Part shown: positions 12,371 to 23,338 of the stretch, piece after piece
Position numbering within the stretch: position 1 is the first letter of the stretch
Layout of the letters: each line of letters opens with the position of its first letter
NCBI GenBank assembly: GCA_977017575.1
Contig: CDRNVI010000040.1
Coordinates: forward strand, 806,001 to 870,000
Length of the DNA stretch: 64,000 nt
Direction: 5' to 3'
From: Paramoeba atlantica
Lineage: Eukaryota > Protista > Discosea
Position numbers and translations under genes: made by a program
Notes under the pieces: model-generated
Told to the model about the DNA's origin: nothing
Database searches by the model: none
The model's input: only the letters and a program-made list of their open reading frames with translations

Positions 12371-12535
12371 AAGTAATGTAGAAAATAGAGCAACTTGGTT
12401 TAATTCTCCTATTGTAGATCTTTGTTCTACTATGCACAGTACACCGAGTTATTTACGAAAGATTGCTATTGAAAAACTTGAAAACGGATCTTCACTTCGT
12501 AGAGTGGCCGCCGATTTAAACTTAAGCGTAGGAAA
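12267..12535. repeat. Perfect 105-bp inverted duplication of the Tc1 5' coding region, 59-bp spacer
   Basis: 12267-12371 is the reverse complement of 12431-12535. Confidence 0.9.
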
Positions 12536-12599
12536 AAGCGTATATTAAGTTCTTACAAAAAAAGAAGACCGGCAAAGATAGGCTAGGGAAGCAAAGATA

Positions 12600-13020
12600 G
12601 GCTAGAAAGCGCACCGGAAATACCTTTACATCGTACCTTACTAGCGAAAGAGTAACAAAAAGGCGCAGAGAATTCGAAAACGTGAATACAATTTTGATCG
12701 ACGAGGCTTCTTGTGTATCAACCAAGATACTATGGGAAATTCACCAGAGGCTGTGCTGCATTTCAAGCAGGAGCACACTTTTCGGTGGATTTTCAATTGT
12801 AATGGTGGGGGATTTTTATCAGCTCCCGCCTGTCCGAACGTCGGGTCCCTCGCTTATTTGTGGCACAATTTCGTCAGCGCATTCAAAGACTCTCGGAATC
12901 AATGATTTTTTAATCTCACAGCACATAGAGCTATAGGAACTTCGGAAGAGGACATTTCTCATCAGAAAATGCTGAAAAATCTCTGAGACCCAAACCTGAT
13001 GGAAAGTACCTTTAAAATGT
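12600..13020 (+). pseudogene. Pif1-family helicase fragment
   Basis: NTILIDEASCV (motif II), FGGFSIVMVGDFYQLPPV (motif III); degenerate D..HQKML..L(R) continuation after a frameshift and stop. Confidence 0.75.
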
Positions 13021-13429
13021 GCTAAAGGTTGCAATAAAAGGGGCAGCGTATCATTCTGTTCCTGAAAAGCCAGTTATCTTAGCAGGGAACACAGCAGAGG
13101 TCCGTAAAACTACAAAAACTATTTTATAGTACTATTATAGTACTATAAACTTTGAAACACTACAACCCCCCCTCGCTTATACACTTACGGTTATACCCAG
13201 ATTGAAAGGGGCGAGGGAGATACGAAGCAACAGGCGTGGCAGATTCCCACTGAAAAGAAATGGTATATCCCTGCACGAAGTTTGTCTCCGAGCTAGCACG
13301 CGCAAAGGCTTTACTCGTGCGGGGAGATACCATTTCTTTTCAGTGGGAATCTGCCACGCCTGTTGCTTCGTATCTCCCTCGCCTCTTTCAATCTGGTTTA
13401 TCTCCCAGCTGGCCACCCTTCCACAACAT

Positions 13430-14810
13430 GGCCAGCTCGCCACCCTTGTGTGCAGCTGGCCACTGCAGCTACATTGCATTACTGCAGTCACTTCCTCACG
13501 TGGCAGTGCTCTTACTCTCGCACGTTCCACTGCAGCTACACTGCAGTCACTGACTCTCTCACGCGCCACTGCATCTACACTGCGTTCACTGCCTCACGTG
13601 GCAGTACTCTGTCACTTACCACTGTACTTAGAGTGGTAGTGCACTTACTCTTACACGTGCCACTGCAGCTGCAGTGCATCACTGCAGTCACTTCTTCACG
13701 TGGCAGTGCTCTTACTCTCTCACGCGCCACTGCAGCTACACTACGTTCACTTCCTCACGTGGCAGTACCCTGTCACGTACCACTGTACTTACAGTGGTAG
13801 TGCACTTACTCTCTCACGCGCCACTGCAGCTCCAGTGCATCACTGCAGTCACTTCTTCACGTGGCAGTGCTCTTACTCTCTCACGTGCCATTGCAGCTAC
13901 ACTGCAGTCACTGACTCTCTCACGCGCCACTGCATCTACACTGCATTCACTGCCTCACGTGGCAGTACTCTGTCACTTACCACTGTACTTAGAGTGGTAG
14001 TGCACTTACTCTTGCACGTGCCACTGCAGCTGCAGTGCATCACTGCAGTCACTTCTTCACGTGGCAGTGCTCTTACTCTCTCACGCACCACTGCAGCTGC
14101 ATTGCATCAATACAGTCACTGCCTCACGTCGCAGTACTATTAGATTCTCTCCGTCGGGACTCTCACCGACTCACGTCGCAGTACTATTAGAGATTAGAGT
14201 ACACTTACTCTCTCACGTGCCACTGCAACTACATTGCATTACTGCAGTCACTGCCTCACGTGGCAGTACACTTACTCTCGCACGTGCCACTGCAGCTACA
14301 CTGCAGTCACTGACTCTCTCACGTGCCACTGCATCTACACTGCAGTCACTTCTTCACGTGGTAGTGCTCTTACTCTCTCACGCGCCACTGCAGCTACACT
14401 GCGTTCTCTGCCTCACGTGGCAGCACACTTACTCTCTCACGCGCCACTGCAGCTACACTGCAGTCACTTCACGTGGCAGTGCTCTTACTCTCTCACGCGC
14501 CACTGCAGCTACACTGCGTTCTGTGCCTCACGTGGCAGTACACTTACTCTCTCACGCGCCACTGCAGCTGCACTGCATCAATACAGTCACTTCTTCACGT
14601 GGCAGGACACGTACTCTCTCAAGTGCCACTGCAGCTACATTGCATTACTGCAGTCACTTCCTCACGTGGCAGTGCACTTACTCTCGCACGTGCCATTGCA
14701 GCTACACTGCAGTCACTGACTCTCTCACGCGCCACTGCATCTACACTTTGTTCACTGCCTCACGTGGCAGTACACTTACTCTCTCACGGGCATTGTAGCT
14801 GCACACTACC
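13430..14810. repeat. Modular degenerate minisatellite (CACGTGGCAGT, CACTTACTCTC and GCCACTGCAGCTACACTGC blocks)
   Basis: Directly visible; a shorter version lies at 27480-28235. Confidence 0.9.
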
Positions 14811-14981
14811 ACTCGGACCTGCTCATTATTTTTCTCTCTATATATATACAAAATGCAAATCGTGTTTTTGGTGGCCAGCTGGCCAGTTTTTCGAAAAAAA
14901 AAATCTGAAAAAAAAGTTCCGAATGTGTTTTTTTTGCGATCTTGAGCAAATAATACTTTTTTCGAATTTTTTTAGTAAAAT

Positions 14982-15055
14982 GTCGATGTCGGGAATCGAA
15001 CCGCGGATGTCCAGCGTCAAAATGGAACCCCTTTACCAACTGGACTACTCAAAGG
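14982..15055 (-). ncRNA. tRNA-like Pol III cassette (degenerate stems)
   Basis: Box A TAGTCCAGTTGG, box B GGTTCGATTCC, followed by TTTT; acceptor and T stems pair poorly. Confidence 0.5.
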
Positions 15056-15469
15056 ACGCTCCTTAGTCAACCAGTTTGTCGTATCGCAGACCTTTGCACA
15101 CGCACTTTGTTTTTGCCAAAAGTGTTCTAAAATTTGGGAAATAAGGTTGTTTTAGATGATTTTTAGAGTATTGAAGAGTTCATCTAATGACCTACTGCTA
15201 CGTTTCGGAATTTTGAAAAAACTCGATCTTGTGCTTCTTTGACGATCTTTTTCAGTTTTTGGAATTACCCTTAGTAAGCGAGTTAGATACTCCGTATCTC
15301 CCTCAATTCCCAATAAATTAATCTTTGTTTCAGCACCAGTCTTTTTTTGTTCTCCTTTTTACCCACTGAATGTTGAAGAACCAGAAATTCTTCCACATCT
15401 TGAATTCCCCTTTTAGCTTCGTCTTCTGACGAATGGCGCTGTTGAGCACAGAACCACTCACTGTTTAGA

Positions 15470-15960
15470 AAGTTAATGATCATATTATGAAAGGGATGAT
15501 GATACTTGGATCTATGGAGGCGTGTGTTTTTGATGTGTATTCACCGACGGCGAGCACAAAATCGACGAAACAAGATGATTTTGATGAAACACTTTTCAAT
15601 GTGTGGTTTAAAGATGAGAGCCAAGTGAAATTTATTTGTGGAGATTTGAACGCACCTCTACTAACTAATAGAGATAGAAAATGTTTTACAAAGAGCGCGA
15701 AAAGGTTGCGAAAACTTTCGCTTTTACTCGGAGCACAATCGGCTCACGGGGGTTGCTGCGCGCGCCGGGAATGGACGTACCGTTTTCCGAGAACCCCGAA
15801 ACACCCTGAAGGCATGACCAAACAACTAGATCACATATTTGTGAATATGCGCTTCTTTTCTTCGTTACATGATCAGAAAATTAGAATCGCACCAACCCCC
15901 ACATGACATTGCACACTATCAGCTTCATTTGCCTTCCGCTGGAAAAAACCGCATGGACTT
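15470..15960 (+). mobile_element. APE-type endonuclease fragment, probably from a non-LTR retrotransposon
   Basis: VNDHIM, DVYSPT, ICGDLNA, WTY, KQLDHIFV; (SD)HCTLSASF after a frameshift. Confidence 0.8.
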
Positions 15961-16547
15961 GCACAACAACCTTTCTGGGATGCACTGCGTGAGTACCCAA
16001 GTGCGCGAGAGATTGTGCTCCCACACAACATATCGATCTCTTGCCGTACTGATCATGAATGTATAAAAACAATTCGATAAAAACATGTTATTGTGATAAT
16101 GTTTGGTTCTTAAGAATATAAACCAATACGCAAAGGAATACAACCATGAAGTTTCACACAAAAACGGTTGCAAAAAAACATGCTCCATTGAAATGGGTAA
16201 GGCTCTTCAAAGCTTACACGACAATTCCATGTATGTTAAGCGCTTTTAAAAATACACCTTGTTTCCGCATTCTTCTACAAAAAATATGACATGATTATAG
16301 TTAAGCCCAATGATACATGATTGCAGAGGCGTCGCAAACTTGACGCAAATAAAAGACATCTTTTAAAAGCATTGTACGTTAGATCCTGTAAGAAAAGTTT
16401 TCCGAAACATGAGTTCCATATAAATTAGAGACACTTTGGATCAAACTTAACTCCCTGACTTCCCTTCAATTGTGCCTTTTCTGTCCTCATCATTACCCCT
16501 CTTTGTTGCTTCCGATCCGTTTTTTGCGCATACCGACTTTTTTCTTT

Positions 16548-17840
16548 CTATTCCAAATGCGACACGAAATCCATCGGAAGCTCGTCAATCTGTGTGTGAT
16601 AGTGTGCCTCCAACTCCTTCAACTCCTGCGCATCCTTTGTGGTGACAAAATTAATTGCGACCCCTTTGCGGCCGTACCGACCACTACGTCCAATACGATG
16701 CAGGTAGTTTTCCCGATTCATTGGGAGGTCGAAGTTAATGACAATACTCACGTGTTGCACGTCAATTCCTCGAGCCAAGAGATCTGTGGTAATCAGCACG
16801 CGTGTGTGACCTGTTTTGAACGTGGACAGGATCTTCTCCCGCTCCGCTTTACTCATGTCACTGTGCATAAAGCTCACCGTGTGGTGCAGCGCGTTTAACT
16901 GCTCGCTCAGCCAATCCACCTTACGTCGGGTGTTACAAAAGATTACACTTTGCGCAATATTCATGGAGTCGTAGAGGTCACAAAGGGTCTCGAGCTTGAA
17001 CTGCTCCTCCACAGCGACGTAGTACTGCTTAATCCCATCCAACGTGAGCATTTCTTTTTTCACCAGAATCCGCAGCGGGTTTCGCATCAGCTGTTTTGTC
17101 AACGCCAACACATCCTCCGGCAGTGTCGCGCTAAACAACGCCACCTGCACATCCCGCGGGAGGTACAAACAAATCTCCGTAATCTGCGGATAAAACCCCT
17201 GCCCGAGCATCTCATCCGCCTCATCCAGCACAAACACCCTCAACTCACTCGTCGGCAGGCACTTCCGTTTCAGCACATCCTGAATCCTCCCCGGGGTCCC
17301 CACCGCCAGCAGCACCCCCCCCTCCTTGATCTTCTGCACGTCCGTCTGCACCTTCGTCCCGCCCACGAAGCAGTGGGAGAACGGGCACGGGACCCCTGCG
17401 ATCCCCTCGAGCGCCGGGGGCCCGGGCCCGGGCCCCCCCTCCGTGAGATAGGTCCCCATCTTCGCGGCGACCTCCTGGGTCTGGAGCGCGAGCTCGCGGG
17501 TGGGGCTGAGGATGAGGGCCTGGCAGACGCGGCGGCTGAAGTCGAGGCGCTGGAGGGTGCCGATGACGAAGGCGCCGGTCTTGCCGGTGCCGCTCTGGGC
17601 CTGGGCGATGATGTCCCCGCCGCGGATGAAGGGGGCGATGGCACGCTGCTGGATCGCGGAGGGCTTCTCGAAGCCGTAGCCGTAGATGCCGCGCAGGAGG
17701 TTGTGGCTGAGGGACATCTCGTCGAAGGAGGGGAGGACGGTGACCCCGGTGGGGAGGGACTCGTCGTCGAAGCTGTCGTGGTCCGTGGGGGAGGGGGTGG
17801 GGGGAGGGGGGGTGGGGTCCGGGGGGAGGGGGTTGTCCAT
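16548..17840 (-). CDS. eIF4A: Translation initiation factor eIF4A (DEAD-box helicase)
   Basis: [48 protein letters not shown]; likely ATG at 17840; no introns. Confidence 0.95.
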   Translation of the reverse strand: MDNPLPPDPTPPPPTPSPTDHDSFDDESLPTGVTVLPSFDEMSLSHNLLRGIYGYGFEKPSAIQQRAIAPFIRGGDIIAQAQSGTGKTGAFVIGTLQRLDFSRRVCQALILSPTRELALQTQEVAAKMGTYLTEGGPGPGPPALEGIAGVPCPFSHCFVGGTKVQTDVQKIKEGGVLLAVGTPGRIQDVLKRKCLPTSELRVFVLDEADEMLGQGFYPQITEICLYLPRDVQVALFSATLPEDVLALTKQLMRNPLRILVKKEMLTLDGIKQYYVAVEEQFKLETLCDLYDSMNIAQSVIFCNTRRKVDWLSEQLNALHHTVSFMHSDMSKAEREKILSTFKTGHTRVLITTDLLARGIDVQHVSIVINFDLPMNRENYLHRIGRSGRYGRKGVAINFVTTKDAQELKELEAHYHTQIDELPMDFVSHLE

Positions 17841-18154
17841 GGACGGAAGAGAGAGAGAGAAAAAGTAGAAAGTAGGTCGAGGAGGAGAGAGAGAGAGAAA
17901 TGTGAGGGCGTGTAGGGTAGGGGGTGTGTTTTTTGTTGGTGATGGTGGGGTAGGGAACAGGAGTATTTTTGTAATCCCGGGGAGTTTGGGAATAATCAAT
18001 GGGTCCCCCCTTTATGTAAGATATGCCGTCGAAGCGACGGTGTTCAACATGTAAGAAAGCAACATGTCCAAATCATAGACACGGAAAAAATATCCTTGGC
18101 GTTACATTCTCGATGCACAAAGGAGATCTTTTCAGAATAGTGCCAGTACCACCT

Positions 18155-19039
18155 TCAGTTAAGAGATTTTTCGTACGCATTTTGTGTCATGCGGGGTACA
18201 GAGCGTTCAATCCAAAACTTGGGAACTGGTTTTGGGTAAACAACGGCCGTGAAATTGTTGTCCAGTAAAGTTAGCGAAATGCCCTTTACCCCCTTTTTTA
18301 TGCTGCAGAGGTTCACGACTCCTCCGAAGCGACAGTTTCCTAAGTTTAGAATTTTCAGATTCGAAGGAAGATTGTGAAACTCAATGGTTCCATTGAAAGC
18401 ATTCTTGGATAGCTTGAGCTGCTCTAAAGAGTCGGGCAAGCACGTCAAATCAACGCCCCCCGAAAGCAAGTTTCTGGTAAGGTCCAAATCTTCAAGACGT
18501 GGCAGCTGGGTCAAGTCAGCGGCACCTTCAAAGGAATTGTACGAAAGATTTAAAACACGCAGTGTTATGGGGAGCAATGTGAGATCCATGGGCCCGCTCA
18601 AATCATTCCCATCGAGTTGGAGTTTTTCCGTTTGTGTCGGTAGCGTCGTGACGTCAAAACGTCCGGTGTGCTTGTGAGCGCTCAAACGCAAATCCAGAAG
18701 AGCGTTGCATAAATTCGAAGAGAGCAACTCACCTCTGAGATAATGTGTAGTGTGTCGCACAACGATAACTCGCTGTAGAAATCTCGGCATGTAGGGCCAC
18801 GTGAGATTTCCTTTCATGTGAAATCGAAAGCCAGCGAAATGGATCGCTCGCTCCTGGGCGTCGCAAACTATTCCTATCCAGGAACATGCCGGGACGGAAG
18901 AATTCCTCCAGTCTGAGGGTAAGTTGGTGATGTGTTGAACAAACCGTCGCATGACCTCATCGTCCGGGATGGTCAGCGCACTTACTTTGTCTCCGTATTT
19001 GACACGCTTGAAAGGGGGTTCCACGGAGCTGTCAGGCAT
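18155..19039 (-). CDS. LRR family protein
   Basis: W..SVPACSWIGIVC cap; LPxxLxxLxLxxNxFxG repeats. Confidence 0.85.
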   Translation of the reverse strand: MPDSSVEPPFKRVKYGDKVSALTIPDDEVMRRFVQHITNLPSDWRNSSVPACSWIGIVCDAQERAIHFAGFRFHMKGNLTWPYMPRFLQRVIVVRHTTHYLRGELLSSNLCNALLDLRLSAHKHTGRFDVTTLPTQTEKLQLDGNDLSGPMDLTLLPITLRVLNLSYNSFEGAADLTQLPRLEDLDLTRNLLSGGVDLTCLPDSLEQLKLSKNAFNGTIEFHNLPSNLKILNLGNCRFGGVVNLCSIKKGVKGISLTLLDNNFTAVVYPKPVPKFWIERSVPRMTQNAYEKSLN

Positions 19040-19191
19040 TATGAACAGATGAAAAAGTTTAACGATGCGTAGAATTTACTAGACTGAGTTTGAAAAAACA
19101 TTTTGAGCTAGAGTGATTCGCACGATGGCATACATCCTTGTATCGCGTATGACGTAGAAATTTACTCTTCATTTCGAAACTGATCAAACCG

Positions 19192-19401
19192 TTACCCTAA
19201 CTGATAGTTTAACTTTGAAAGATGCAGTGTTTTAACCGCTTCCTGTGAGAGTGGGTTTTGGTACAACACCACCATAGTCCGGCCCACCCCCTCCTGCACT
19301 ACGACCTCTGAGAACAAATTCACATCCAACCGAAGCGTAAGAAGGGAGGCTGGAAAATTCCCCAACACAACCTCTCCTTTCAAGCTGTTCTCCCGAAACA
19401 T
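19192..19401 (-). pseudogene. LRR C-terminal fragment
   Basis: ENSLKGEVVLGNFPASLLTLRLDVNLF. Confidence 0.6.
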
Positions 19402-19533
19402 TGATGTTCATGTTTTTTTTTTGATGTTCATGCGCTCGTTGGCGCAGAGATACAGCCCTTGATGCGACAGCCGATATCATCGGCACAATCCGTATTGACG
19501 GATGTCGCACCAAGGGGGTTTAGCTCGGACTCT

Positions 19534-19676
19534 GTCGGTAGAGGGGGTCCAGGCAACTCGCCCTCTCTTTACGCAGCCGGAGGGGCGCACTGCAACCGAC
19601 TCGGTCCCAGTCGGTAGAGGTGGTCCAGGCAACTCACCACCTCTTTACGCAGCCGGAGCGGCGCACTGCAACCGAC
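19534..19676 (+). ncRNA. Two tandem 67-nt three-way-junction hairpin units (76-nt period); candidate structured RNA
   Basis: GTCGGT/ACCGAC outer stem; the 9-bp inner stem differs between copies but stays paired. Confidence 0.4.
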
Positions 19677-19951
19677 CGCTGCCTCACGATAAGACGAGGC
19701 AGAGCCACGCCCAGTGGTCCTCAAGGGAGGCCACCATGGCGCATGGCTCCCCGGGAAGGAAAGGGCGCGAAGGGAAGAAACCCGGGGAGGGAAGAAAACC
19801 CACTCAAGGAGTGAGCCGGGGAGGGGTGATGGGGTGGAAGCGCGTCCCCTACTTCGCCGAGAAAGAGGGACAGTTTCGGCCTTAGTGCCGGCCGGCAACG
19901 GGCATATAAAACAGTAAGATTATGCCCGTTGCCGGGGAAAGAAAAGATGAA

Positions 19952-20551
19952 CTAAAGGGAAAATGTACCAACAAGGTACAGAAACTGTATCTTTATCGAC
20001 AACATGGTCAACCCCACCGGGAGCTGCGTAAGATCCAGCACACTTCCAAAAAACCGATTCTGATCCGCTCGCATACTTAACAACCCTGCCGGGAGCTGTG
20101 TGAGATCCGGCTGCCCGGTCATCTCATTTCTACTCAAATCCAGCGTCCGCAGGGCCACCGGGAGGTTCGTAAAATCCTGCCCCCCCTGTAGGCCCTGGTC
20201 GTCCACGTAGAGCGACCGCACGGTGGCGGGGGCCTGCGCGAGTCGCATCCCGCCCTGGAGGCGTCGGGGGGGGGAGGCGCTGTGGAAGTAGCTCCCCCAG
20301 TTGATCCCCTCGACCCGAGCCGCCCCGTCGCACCGCACCCCCGCCCAGGTACACGGGGAGACGGGGCGGGTCGCGCCCCACCGGTGGTTCCGGCGCGCGG
20401 TGACCCAGGAGGGGTGGGGGAAGGCGAGGGCGGCGACGAGGGACGCCATGGTGCTCTCGACGGGGAGAAGCGCCCGGGAGACTTTACCGGTGCGCGTGGA
20501 GGGGGGAGGGGGAGGAGAGGGGGGGAGGTCGGCGGTGCGGGAAAAGAGCAT
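19952..20551 (-). CDS. LRR family protein (C-terminus probably truncated)
   Basis: GKVSRALLPVE, CTWAGVRC cap, LPVALRTLDLSRNEMTG; likely ATG at 20551. Confidence 0.8.
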   Translation of the reverse strand: MLFSRTADLPPSPPPPPSTRTGKVSRALLPVESTMASLVAALAFPHPSWVTARRNHRWGATRPVSPCTWAGVRCDGAARVEGINWGSYFHSASPPRRLQGGMRLAQAPATVRSLYVDDQGLQGGQDFTNLPVALRTLDLSRNEMTGQPDLTQLPAGLLSMRADQNRFFGSVLDLTQLPVGLTMLSIKIQFLYLVGTFSL

Positions 20552-21079
20552 GGGGGGTTGGGGAAAAAGGGGGAGGGAGGATAGGGGTAGGGTGAGGAGA
20601 GGAGAGGAGAAAAAATGGCCTTCAAAGGGTTGGAAGGAGGGGAGGGAAACGTTTTGTGGTGTTTTGTTTTTGAGAAAAAAAAGTCGAAAGGAAGGATTCA
20701 AAATAAATTTGGTAAAATGCGAGTAAGCGGGCGAATGAAGACAAGTCAGGTAGTAGGGGGTAAGGGTGTAAAGCGGAGTGTAAAGCAAGCAGAACAAATT
20801 GATCGGGTTTTAACGAAACAGCTAAAAACCAGGTGAAGCGCAACTTTAAGAGATCTACACACCCGCGGCTTACACTTCTATACTATGATGCTACGTAAGA
20901 TAATCTCTAGAAAGAAAATCAGGGCTCTAATCTGCAGTTACCCAGTGTGATCCTGTGTGTGCTGTGCCACCCAGTGCAACCTGTGCTACCCAATATTACC
21001 CATATAAACTTTTAAAATACACATTCTGATACGAAGTACAGAAAACTGTATTATTATGACAGCTATCATTGCATAAACG

Positions 21080-23338
21080 TTATTTTTTGTCTGAGCATTT
21101 GGTCAAGACAGGCGCCAAGCGCTCAATTAATTGGCTTTTTGTACCAGTGGTTACGCATCCCCTTTCCTTTAGTAGCGAACGTAACTGTAAAACTGTGAGA
21201 GTAGATAACTGAATCGCGGATATGTCTTCCGGGGTCAAGTTTTCGATGGATTTATTTTCCCTGTAGCCCTCTTTTCGACTTGCGCGTTCGTGCTGGGCTG
21301 TTTCGGATCGGCGTTCTTTACTTTTTTCCTGATCTTCTTCAGAGCTTTCCTCGTCTAAAATCATATCGCTGCCATCCGAATCCCCAGAACTCTCAACGAG
21401 GTATTCGCTACTTTCGTCGTATGTACCCTCCGAGTCATTGTCTTCAGTCCCAAACTCACTCTCTTCCGAGCCTTCTGTTTCGTTTTCACTAGAGGATTCG
21501 GAACCCTCCGCTATCGAGGCCGTCTCCTCATCCGGGACAATAAACGGTTCTTGATGCGTAGAGGAGCGTAGAATATTTTCCTCAAACTGCCCAGGCTCTA
21601 ATTCCAGAACAGAACCTGCACGGCTGGAGCCATGACTCGTTGCCACAGACAACCGAGAGTGGACATTGGGTTCCTTTATTGATAACTTGCTTTGTTCTCT
21701 TTCTGCATCTTCTACCAAATCCGTTAAATGGGTTTTTCGAGAAACGCTCTCTTGGTTTCCTTTTGACTTTTCGGATTTTGAAGTCACTTTTTTGGATGCT
21801 CTTCGTCTCGAGTGCTCCATCCTATCGTCGATTTCAAGATCACTGGGATTAGTAGAGGACTCTGAGTCGTACAACAGTGGATCTTGGGAGTACGCTGCGG
21901 GCGGGTGACTCTCGTGAAGGTTTGCACCACACTCGTCGATTTCATAACGGGACAGGGAGGATTGTGGCGTTCCCCAGTGAACACTTTCCTCATCGGTACA
22001 TTTTTCGGCACCGTCTACAAATTCACTGTTCTCGTCTCCCTTGCTTTTTGCAGACAAAGAATTCATTCGCGCATTTGTCCAGTCATCGCCCATTGGAGTA
22101 TCAAACAGTTCTTGCTCGGAAGAAGGAAGCGTACTGTTTCGGAGACTCGCATGGGCATTTTTTCTTTGGTTTTGGCTCTGGAAGGAAGCAATTGAGATTC
22201 GTTGAGTTTCTTTTGTTGTTTTGTCAGAGGCATTGTCCAAATCCCAATCTTGGATTCTTCGAGAAAGTCGAGATAGGGAATCCGGACGCGAAGAAGCTGC
22301 GGCGGTGTAAAAACTGTTTCGAGAGTGAGATCGCACCGAGGATGACTCAGTTTTTTCATTTTCCATATTGGCTATTCTCTCCGTTGTGCACTCAGCCTTT
22401 AGAAGAGAACTTCGGGACACTGCAACGTCACCAAGAGATGATGTTGGAGTAAACCGTTTGGAGAGTACCGTGGCACTCAGTCGTGTGGATTCTTGGCGTA
22501 CAGATTCTCTCGAAGCGCATTCTTCTGCGCTTTTTTCCTCAATGGTCTCAGTCGATTGTTTACTCACAGCATGCAGCGATGGGGCAAAGGCTGGCAAAGG
22601 TGAACATACTTTTGGTACAGAGTCTCCTAAGGTAACACTCACTCGAGGAGCATCATTGATAAAGGCATTTCCCGTAGTCACAGTGGGGCGTATTTTTTCA
22701 TTAGGTGGTATGGGGGAAGGAGATTTCGAAAGATTACCCCCAGAGACTCGGGAAGTTTCAGCATAAGGTGAGCTCATTTTTGGATAGGCAACGTATCCGG
22801 AGTTGGATGGAATATTCTCTGCCCATCCTAATACGTTGGTCTGCGTTTGGTTTTCTCTGTTGGGTGTATCTGTTGCCTTTTTTGTTTTTGAAGGAACCGT
22901 TTTAGAGGGTGCTTTCGTGTCAGAAAGAAATGTTTTCACTTTCCGTAAGACGACCGAACCTGCGCTCTTCTTTGTATTTTCCTCCAGGACAGTGTTCTCA
23001 CTTTCATGGCAATGATTCTCTTGGTGGACATGACTCGTACCCAAAGAGTTCCGTACATCGCTTGTTACGGATCTATCCAAAGAAAGAGCCTCATATAAGC
23101 TATCTGACAACATGGCGAGTTCTTTTATCACACTCAGCGGCTCGCGTAGTCCACGGACAGCATCGGAGAGTATTCCGTCGGTTACATTCATCACGGTGCC
23201 ATCGACTTCAAGAACGATACGATGAAAAGGGGAAGGAGTGGGCAACACATTGGCACGTCGGGTGGCAGGATCCCGTGCCCATTGGGGGGTTGCCTCTTTT
23301 GCCTCGACGTTGGCCGGTTTTGTCAAAAATCGAGGCAT
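21080..23338 (-). CDS. Low-complexity protein with a C-terminal SAP domain
   Basis: LSTLTVLQLRSLLKERGCVTTGTKSQLIERL; acidic tract; likely ATG at 23338. Confidence 0.8.
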   Translation of the reverse strand: MPRFLTKPANVEAKEATPQWARDPATRRANVLPTPSPFHRIVLEVDGTVMNVTDGILSDAVRGLREPLSVIKELAMLSDSLYEALSLDRSVTSDVRNSLGTSHVHQENHCHESENTVLEENTKKSAGSVVLRKVKTFLSDTKAPSKTVPSKTKKATDTPNRENQTQTNVLGWAENIPSNSGYVAYPKMSSPYAETSRVSGGNLSKSPSPIPPNEKIRPTVTTGNAFINDAPRVSVTLGDSVPKVCSPLPAFAPSLHAVSKQSTETIEEKSAEECASRESVRQESTRLSATVLSKRFTPTSSLGDVAVSRSSLLKAECTTERIANMENEKTESSSVRSHSRNSFYTAAASSRPDSLSRLSRRIQDWDLDNASDKTTKETQRISIASFQSQNQRKNAHASLRNSTLPSSEQELFDTPMGDDWTNARMNSLSAKSKGDENSEFVDGAEKCTDEESVHWGTPQSSLSRYEIDECGANLHESHPPAAYSQDPLLYDSESSTNPSDLEIDDRMEHSRRRASKKVTSKSEKSKGNQESVSRKTHLTDLVEDAEREQSKLSIKEPNVHSRLSVATSHGSSRAGSVLELEPGQFEENILRSSTHQEPFIVPDEETASIAEGSESSSENETEGSEESEFGTEDNDSEGTYDESSEYLVESSGDSDGSDMILDEESSEEDQEKSKERRSETAQHERASRKEGYRENKSIENLTPEDISAIQLSTLTVLQLRSLLKERGCVTTGTKSQLIERLAPVLTKCSDKK

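Larger units (their letters stand above)
13194..15307. mobile_element. Repeat family C copy 1: ~205-bp palindrome, CACGTG-rich array, tRNA-like cassette, mini-hairpin end
   Basis: Colinear with 27184-28746 at both ends; ends AGATACTCCGTATCTCCCTCAAT. Confidence 0.85.

Noticed and set aside
14982-15055. Functional tRNA gene
   Set aside because: Acceptor, D and T stems pair poorly and the anticodon is ambiguous; kept as tRNA-like only
13202-15066. Long His/Cys/Thr-rich ORFs in the CACGTG array
   Set aside because: Stop-poor by-product of the repeat; several frames are open at once
16950-17915. 321-aa plus-strand ORF; likewise 46402-47514 and 62251-62946
   Set aside because: Antisense shadows of GC-rich real genes
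18023-18268. Cys-containing 81-aa plus-strand ORF
   Set aside because: Overlaps the LRR 3' end in antisense; no full zinc-finger pattern
19540-19670. SRP RNA helix-8, hammerhead or HDV ribozyme match
   Set aside because: CAGG...GCAG spacing is wrong, there is no CUGAUGA/GAAA core, and I could not build an HDV pseudoknot
19950-19990. Cis-spliced intron rescuing the LRR at 19952-20551
   Set aside because: No convincing GT-AG pair restores an LRR frame, and other genes are intron-less
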